DNA of 64,000 nucleotides, taken from positions 35,898,001 to 35,962,000 of the forward strand of contig NC_090348.1 in NCBI RefSeq assembly GCF_035084215.1, in the 5' to 3' direction. Positions within the stretch are counted from its first letter, which is position 1; each line of letters opens with the position of its first letter. The notes beneath the pieces were generated by a model. The model saw nothing but the letters and a program-made list of their open reading frames with translations. It made no database searches and was not told the origin of the DNA. This DNA is from Heptranchias perlo. Lineage: Eukaryota. Position numbers and translations under genes: made by a program. This document shows positions 55,711-64,000 of this stretch, piece after piece.

Positions 55711-57986
55711 CTGAAAGAAAAAATATTTAAAAAACAAAGCAATTAAAAGATTATTGAGGAATGTGGTACCATTGTATCGTAAAAATATTTGATTGATCAT
55801 TTCTGTTTAACAGACAATGTACTAAATAATGAAACTGAGAATCAAAATGTTTTTAGATAAATACTAGAATTGGTGATCTTCAATGAGTTCAGAATTCTGT
55901 TATTTATATAAAAAAAAATTCAAAAATTTTATTTGAATTATGACATCAAACCTCACTTTAACCTGCAGAAATAAAAAGGCAACTGTTACACTAAGATTGT
56001 TCATTAAAGCAATTATTGGAGAGAACATTCTGGTTTGTAAAATGTGCACAGTAGAAATTGATACTGAAAGAACTGAATAATACAAGGGTACATTCACTTT
56101 AAGGCAGTGAAAATTGAATTGCCTTGGTTACTGAGTTAGCAGCACAGTTGTCTAAACTGTTTAATTTCCACCCTCTTCCCCCATTTCCAATGTAATATGT
56201 CCTGTGAATGATCCAGGCCTCTGCCGATCCAGCTGTGAGCTAACTGCAGAAAAGGTAGGCAACACCAGCCTTAGTATATACGCTTCAGATTTTGCCTCAT
56301 ATCCCTCTGTTCCTGGGAGTTCTGCTGGGCAAATATAGACATTAGCAATGCAAAGAAAGGTGTGCTGAAAAGAGGAAATTAAGGTAGATTGCCACGTCAT
56401 ATACATTTGATCAAACATGCTGTACCATAGACCACACAAACTGCTGAATACTTTGCCTAGAGATTTGCAATAGCCAGCAACCAGTCTTTTAATTTAAAGG
56501 GGGAAAAATGAAATTCAAAGACCATATTTTAATATTTTTCCTAAGCAAATCAAAAGCCAGACGAATTATCAAGAGTGTATCCATCTGAATTACCACATTG
56601 TCCCAAAGGTAAAAAGAGGAAAAGATGTGGCTTTATAGAATTCCTTATTGCATTTGAAATTACTTCATATACAATGAATTACACTGAAGTGTAGTGACTA
56701 TTACAATGTAGACAAATGCAACAGTCATTTTGTGCATAGCAAGACAGTTATAAGATGAGTGTTTTTTGTGGTGTTAGTTGAGGGAAGAGTGTTGGTCAGG
56801 AAACAATGATTCCTACTCTTCTTTGAATAGTACAATGGGGTCTTTCATGTCCACCTGAACAGTCAGACAAGGATCTGGTTTGGCAATTCATCTAAAGGAT
56901 GGCACTTCAAACATTCCATAAAGCAAAAGATTTGTATCTGTATAGATGCGTCAGTCTGGTTACATTTTACACTAAGGCTACTTTTCTGAGGTAGTTTAGG
57001 AGCAGGGATTTTTCAGATCATGAATGGAATATAGAACTGTGGTCATGAATCCCAATTTATGATGTTGTTGGATTGGAACTTCATGATGACACCAAAGGAG
57101 GAATTCAAAAATATCTGCTCTCAGGCTATTTTCATTATTTACAAATTGAGGCGAAGGGTCAAGGCTTAAGTGCAGGACACCAGCAAGGTTGAAAAGAGGA
57201 GAGATGAGGAGGTAAATCATGTAGTTATTGGGTGACATCAAGCTTGAGTTTTAAAAGTCTAACTTGTAGAAAGACTGAGTGAGGTAGGGAATTCTACAGT
57301 GTTGAGGTCCTGGTAAAGAATGAGTTAGTGGGAAATAGTGCAATGAGACTTGATTTCAAGTGGTTTTAAAAGCCTAAAAGACAGGAAACAAAATAAATAT
57401 GAGTCATCTGTCGACATATTTACTATTTGGTAATTCAGATGAATACACAACTCCTTGAATGATGCAGGTAACGTTAATTCTATGACTTTATATGTAGATA
57501 TACACAAGGATATAAATTCACTCGCATTTGCACTTGAAAATGCATCCAATACCTTTGGTCATTTAAGTCATTAAAACCAACAAGCAGATACTAAACAAGT
57601 AGGAACATACATTGAAATGCCTATAAAGCTGTTAAGACATTTTGCTTTTCCATCAACAATTCTTCACATTACATATGGCTATAAGTGCCATCAACTTATG
57701 GGAAAAGTTATAAAAGTGCATCTCCTGCAGTGCTGTCACTAGGCTTATTTAGCCAACTGGTATAATACATTCATTATAGGAAGGGGGAAGAAATGCAGCT
57801 GCTTGAAAATATAACATACCCCCCATTATATTTTACTGCGATCCCAGTGACAACAGTTGTATATTCCACCCAATACTTGTAGAACTAATTTCAACAGTTT
57901 ATGCTAAACAGTCACAGAAAAGGTTCTTGCTTTTTAAAAAATTATTAAAGAGTTTTGTGACCATTTTGGAAAGAGAAAAAAATTAC

Positions 57987-58069
57987 TTTTTAGGATCCAC
58001 TGATGAATCCCCTATGACGGGTTTAAATGTGGTTCCAGGTGCCATCTCATCCAACCTGGAGACTGCAGC
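57987..58069 (-). CDS. DHTKD1: DHTKD1 exon, [27 protein letters not shown]
   Basis: aag|...|gtaatt, 83 nt; phases fit both neighbours. Confidence 0.94.
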
Positions 58070-58323
58070 CTTCAGAAAGAAAGAATACAAGTTAGGGTTC
58101 AGAAATATTAGATATTACATGAAAATTGTTCTGTATTACAATCTACAGGTCTTCATCAAGTCAAGTCACATGAAATAACTATTAAAACTATCACATTAAT
58201 TATTGACTAAATATATAATGTGTTAGTTAAAGGTCATACATACATACATACTGTCGTTGGCCTCAATACAAGCTAAACCTATTTTTCTGCATGGCGCCTT
58301 GTATGAATTTATTTATATATAGT

Positions 58324-59139
58324 TGTAAGAATATTGGAAAGGGAAGAATCTTTTTCTTAATGCTATTAACCATCATGCTCTGCAGGCTGTGCTGCCTATT
58401 TTGCGGAGTATGTGGCTTATTTTGCTGAATTGTAAACTGTTAACCTTTGACTAGTGACTGACCTTTGGTCACCCTCATTATGAGGCAAGGCAGCTATGTG
58501 GTAAAAGATGAACAATGACCCAAAAAGCAGAACAATAATCCAAAGATAGGATAAGACCAGGACCATAACAAGATAGCTAGACGAGTGTAGTCAGAAAAAC
58601 TGGCCACCTTGAAAAAACAACCTTGCAAAGGGTCTTGCAGTTAAATGAGTAATGTTAAAACAAGCTGACCTCAAATTATTTGAAAAACAATTTTGTTAAT
58701 CCAAAAGGGTCTTATGAATGTTGTTCCATATAAGGTAAGGGGTTCCTGCCATGGGGACATAAAAACCCAACGTCTTTTGCGCTCAGGACAGAGGAATCAG
58801 CGAAGGCTACCCAACTGTTGAAGAACACTTAACTGTCTGAAGATGATAACGCAGTTAAAAGAACACCTGACTATCAGAAGACTACCTCACTGTCAGAAAA
58901 CTTGGAATGACCACGTCGCCAACTTAATTACGACCTCTGCTCAGAGATCAAACGGGGTAATATTGTTTTGATATTTGTTGTCCAATATTTGATACCTTTA
59001 CACGTTTGATCTGATTATTAATAAATGAGACATTGATTACCATTTGGCATCACGTCCCATTCTGTTACATAGTCTAATATTTATACCACTGCCTGGGAAC
59101 TAAGTTTTTTTTCCATATTCATAATTGGGTGTTTTAACA
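58324..59139 (+). mobile_element. Possible solo LTR
   Basis: TGTAAGAA...TTTTAACA termini, TATA-like ATAAAA near 58759, AATAAA near 59020, short internal repeats; no matching TSD found. Confidence 0.4.
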
Positions 59140-59884
59140 AAAGAGATAACAAAGCTTCTTCAATGTAACTTTAGAATGGAGAAGATACAAAAGTTTCATC
59201 TAAGGTTATGAGATAGTGAGGCTAAGGATAGAGCCATCAAAAATAGGAGTTAGCAGCTGTTGGTAAGACTTGCACAAGACATGAAAAAAAGTGTCATTGA
59301 AATATTGGGAGAAATAAATCATCTAATTGAAAGTCAAAGAGAAGATCAAGAAGTAGTGACTAAGCCATTAGAGAATTAGTAGAATAGTATGAGAATTAGA
59401 AGCTGTGAGCACAGAGGGTATTTGATTTGAAGAAAGTGGATTAATGTAGAATGGAATAATCAGCAAAAAGTGGATAGGATTGGATAATGAGTGGAGGAGA
59501 TCAATATGAAGGAGGAATGGACTGTCTGAACTCTGAGGAACCCCTTTGCCCCCTCTCCCATGTTCCCCAATCTCAATCTTCCCTCTCCCACCTCCTTCAT
59601 CCCTCTCCCTCCCATACCTCTTCCCCCATCTCTCCCTCCTCCCCCGCTATAACTGGCAATAGTACTTCTGTATCAAAAAAGAACTGACAGCAATTCCCAT
59701 TCTTAACCAAAGTTAGGCCCACCCTTAATTACTGGAAATGCACATAAATGAGGACGGCATTTGGCTCAGCACATGATGAATTACCACTTGGATGGCTAGA
59801 AACCATATCCCAGCAAAGAATCAATGCCACCAGGTGAGGAAGGGAGAAAATAGGTAAGAGAAGGAAAAAGTGGTATAGTACTGA

Positions 59885-60236
59885 TTTTTTTTTCTCTTAG
59901 GATATGGGCATTTCTGGCAAAGCTGCATTTATTGCCCATCCGTAGTTGCTCTGAAAAAGTGGTGGGCTATTTTTAGCAATTACTTTTACTGACTTACTAG
60001 GCCACTTTGGAGGGCATTAAGAATCAACCACTGAGTGGACAGGAGTCACGTATAGGCCAGATCTGAAGAATACTAGTGAACTAGTTGGGTTTTCACAACA
60101 ATCCAGCAGCTTACATGGTCATTTTTTCTGGTGCCAATCCAGATTTTTTGTATTCAATTTCACTACTTGCTCTGCTGGAATTTGAACTCGTGACCTTTGA
60201 TTTGCTAGTTCAGTATCATAACCACTGGACTACCGA
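59885..60236 (-). mobile_element. tRNA-derived SINE with LINE-derived tail; second copy at about 16632-16942 (+)
   Basis: A box TAGTCCAGTGG, B box GAGTTCAAATT; tail ggatgggcaataaatgc shared with the LINE ending at 36480. Confidence 0.7.
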
Positions 60237-60864
60237 ACCCATTAAACTTGTATGGATGTGACAGGAAGACTACAAAGGCAAATGAGATACTGTCATATTT
60301 CAGAAAAATGCCTTTCACATCCTCAAGATGCTACCAAATGCTTCACCGCCAATGAATAACTTTTGAAGTGTAGTCATTTGTTTTATAAGCAAACATGGCA
60401 GTCACTTTGTGCACAGCATGGTCCCACATCAGCAAATTAGATAAATGACCAGTGAATTCATTTTTTGCACTGTTGATTGAAGGATGCAGATTGACCTGGA
60501 CATTGGAAGAACTCCCTCATCAAACAGTCTACCCAAACAGTCAAATGGAACCTATGTTTAACATCTCTTTCAAAAGACAGCACCTTCGACAATACATCAC
60601 TCAAGGTACTGGTACCAGTACCAAAAGCTTCAGCCCCAAACTACTCTCATGGGTAAATATAGCCTATGAGGGAATTACAAATACATAATTTTATTCAGTG
60701 TGTTTCCAAAAACATCTCAGCTACAGAGTTTGTGGTTTGCTTCTCATAGATTTGAACAAAGAACACTACAATTGAAAATGTTTACAGAACAAACTTCGTA
60801 AATACACGGTACTAATAATGTTCAGTGCATCTGTGATCACATCAGAAGTGTTACATGTACTCAC

Positions 60865-61029
60865 TGGGAGACGCAGCAGCATTTTAGGAGAAGCTACAAT
60901 AAGGGGTTTCCGAAAGTTTCTAATCATCTGCCGGCGCAGTAAGTGGAAGTACTGTGCTGGGGTAGTCGGATGTACAACGAACATATTTACATTATCTCCA
61001 TCAACACCTTCTTCCTTGCTGTCGCACAT
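60865..61029 (-). CDS. DHTKD1: DHTKD1 exon, [12 protein letters not shown]...[14 protein letters not shown]...KMLLRLP
   Basis: cag|...|gtgagt, 165 nt. Confidence 0.97.
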
Positions 61030-61271
61030 CTGTTAGAAAAAAGAAAGTTATATACAAAAAGTTACGTTGTGATAGTTCTCCACGATGCTGCTCTTTGGAA
61101 GCTGTGCATCCACCTACAGTTTTAAAAAAAATTGCCTGTCTGCTAAAAGAAAAAGAAAGAACTTGGCCTTATAAAAAGGACCTCAAGGCGTCCCAAAGCG
61201 CATTACAGCCAATGAAGTACTTTTGAAGTGTCATCACTGTTGCAATGTAGGAAATGTGGCAGCCAACTTGT

Positions 61272-61625
61272 GCGTTCAATTTTGAGCACCGCACCTCAGG
61301 AAGAATATATTGGCCTTGGAGGGGGTGCGATGCAGATTCACCAGAATGATACCAGGGCTTAGAGGGTTAAATTACGTGGAGAGGTTGCATAAACTTGGCT
61401 TGTATTCCATTGAGTATAGAAGATTGAGGGGTGATCTGATGTTAAAAGCCTGTGGCTGCAAGGGCAATTGGAGTTATCAAGACTGTGATAGATTTTTGTC
61501 AGGTAAGGGTAACAACAGATATGGAGCAAAGGTGGGTAAATGGAACTGAGGTGCAGATCAGCCATGATCTAACTGAATGGCCGAGCAGGCTCGAGGGGCT
61601 GAATGGCCTATTCCTGTTCCTATTA
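61272..61625 (+). mobile_element. CR1 3' fragment
   Basis: ALEGVRCRFTRMIPG..RRLRGDL and CR1 tail. Confidence 0.8.
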
Positions 61626-61669
61626 TGAACCAACTATATTTTCCCTTCTTTAAAATCAATTAATTATGG

Positions 61670-61990
61670 GAGCCTCTATTCTATTAGGCTGGTAGTCAGG
61701 TATTTTGGTCAGTTGGGTGCCAGACTTGGAGTTAAATCTTAGCAAGGTTCACAGCTTTTCATCCTTCAAAGTTGGATAAAATAAGTACCATGCCTTAGGA
61801 TGTGAATAGGAAACAGACTGCCAGAGACTATAACCAGTGATTCCTACACTGTTGGGATATCTCTTGGCTGTTCAGCAGTTGACAGTTCATGCCTAATGGA
61901 GACCAATCCATGGATAATCTCCCACTGTGCTTGGATAACACGTCTAATGAAAAATGTGTGCTTGGTTTGTGTATTGATCCAGGTTCTATT
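61670..61990 (+). repeat. Possible MetaSINE-like ancient SINE
   Basis: cagcttttcatccttcaaagttggataaaataagtacca resembles the conserved Meta-domain core as I recall it. Confidence 0.4.
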
Positions 61991-62051
61991 TTAATACTGG
62001 ATTTAAAGAGTAGTTAGGATACATTACGGCGCAGGTGAAAGGATGACTTAC

Positions 62052-62158
62052 CTGCAGGAAACGTTCTAAATGACAGGATGAGTGTTCAGGGCCTGCACCA
62101 TCGTATCCATGGGGTAAGAGGATAACCATCCCACTTTGCAACAGCCACTTTGCCTCAC
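62052..62158 (-). CDS. DHTKD1: DHTKD1 exon, [36 protein letters not shown]
   Basis: tag|...|gtaagt, 107 nt; [14 protein letters not shown] motif. Confidence 0.97.
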
Positions 62159-63260
62159 CTACCAAAAACATAGCATTTAATAGGGACACAAAGTCAGACT
62201 CTTTCAATAGATTTTCAACCAAGACTAATAATTACCACTCTCCCAAGCATATTCTTGGAAGTTGCATACACGGACTGATTTTCACATTCACCCCATTAAA
62301 CTAGTCAACTCAACAGATAGGGAAACTATCAATAAGTAGCATCTTAAAAAAAAAGTTCGTAATTTTCTTCTGATCTGGATAACTTGGCCCTTTCCCCCAG
62401 GGAGCAGCCAGGAATTTACAAACCGTAATCTAAAGACAAACCTCCAATAGCAATTAGCCTCTAATAGTCTCAAAATCTCTCTATTTACAACAATTGGACT
62501 TTGTGGACATAAAAAGGGACAGGCTGGACTAAACACAGCTCCCCCCTCATAGCAAACAGCTTTCCTTGAGGCAGTCACCTATCAGGAAAGGACTATTAAT
62601 ATGTAAACGGCCTGCTTGATAGAATACGATTTAGTACATTATTACATGGTATTGGTATAACCCAATCATTATAAAAGCACATCCTCTGGCTTTGCCATAG
62701 GAGATATGCAAATATAACTTAAATTTAGTTGATTACCTGACAGTTTCCTCATAGACAACATTTTAAAAATTGTGATGCTCGCTTCCTACAGTTGTCCTTT
62801 CTGCTTATTTCCCACTCTAATTTCCTGTCTGTCTTCCATTTTCTCGCTCTTTCTTCCTCTCTGACTCTTACACATTTTTGCTCAGTCATCTCTGTATTTG
62901 TCTCCAATTGTTTCTTGATCTCTTTCCCCAGTTTCTGCACGACTCTCCTTCCTCCGCCTCCTCTCTCTTTTGTTCATCTCCCAATTTTTCAGTATACCTC
63001 CGACACATGTTCTAGTATTGATTTAGTCAATTAGGTCAAAGATGGGAACTGGGAGTGGACAGGGGGAGGCAGGCAGCAGGTTATCAAAGTCATCCAAGAA
63101 CTATTGCAACACATGTGGACGAAAGAAAAACTCAGGGCTGAGACTAGGAAATGATCAACAGGCCATTCAAATCTATCCAGAACATGCCATGCATACACTG
63201 CTCTGCAGTGAAAATATCCTTACAATCTGACCAATTAATCTGGCAAGATACTTTGTTTTA

Positions 63261-63443
<183 letters not shown>

Positions 63444-64000
63444 TTATTTCTTTTTGTACATATTATTACTACCTTTATATTTTCAACATTTTTTTTTAAA
63501 AAGGAGTTGATGTTAAAATTTTAGTAGGACAACATGCATTTTCTTCACTAATATGATTAATGTTAAGCTGTGGAGGTGATTTCTTGCAGAGAATGGGGTA
63601 CAAAAAGAATGGATACAGCACTGGTCACTTCTCCAGTGCCGACCAGTTATTTAAGATCAGCACAGGTGTAAGAAGCCTTTCTTTCAGGGAACAAAATAAA
63701 GCATTTTTTTCTCCACTTGTTAGTTAGAGTACCCTCCCCTTCCCCTCTCCATATTGTACTTTTTGCCAACAATTTTAAACCACTGCCTGCAATACACTTA
63801 CTACCTCAGCACGTTGTTTAAAATCACAGTTTAATAAAGTGGCAACAATTCTTAATTTCTTTTGAAACAAAAAAAGTTAATATAAAATACTACAGTAGTT
63901 ACCATAAAAGTTATGTTGGCGGGGAGGGAGGGGAGAGTTATTTTGTTCTTAAGATTGTTGTCTGAAATGTAACTTTTTTTCACCAATTTGCACTTCAGAT

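Overview
Vertebrate genomic DNA, most likely from a cartilaginous fish (inferred from the repeat landscape; the species cannot be determined here). It holds the gene block CDC123(-) <> NUDT5(+) >< SEC61A2(-) < DHTKD1(-), the same order and relative orientation as human chr10p14-p13. I assembled CDC123 coding exon 1, the complete NUDT5 CDS (9 coding exons including a 9-nt microexon, 214 aa), the complete SEC61A2 CDS (12 exons, 476 aa) and the last 7 exons of DHTKD1. All have GT-AG boundaries and consistent phases. Introns are filled with CR1, L2 and RTE LINE remnants, tRNA-derived SINEs, a solo LTR, an internally deleted PIF/Harbinger element and a related MITE. Most notable: (1) a TSD-bounded chimeric insertion joining the 5' end of an alpha-arrestin (ARRDC3/4-like) gene to an RTE LINE; (2) a Penelope-like fold-back insert carrying two degenerate minimal hammerhead ribozymes, plus a 69-bp sister insert; (3) a 5'-inverted (twin-priming-like) non-L1 LINE and a SINE family sharing its tail. 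I see no convincing wholly new multi-gene system. All homology calls come from recognition and hand alignment, not database searches, and repeat boundaries are approximate unless a TSD is given.
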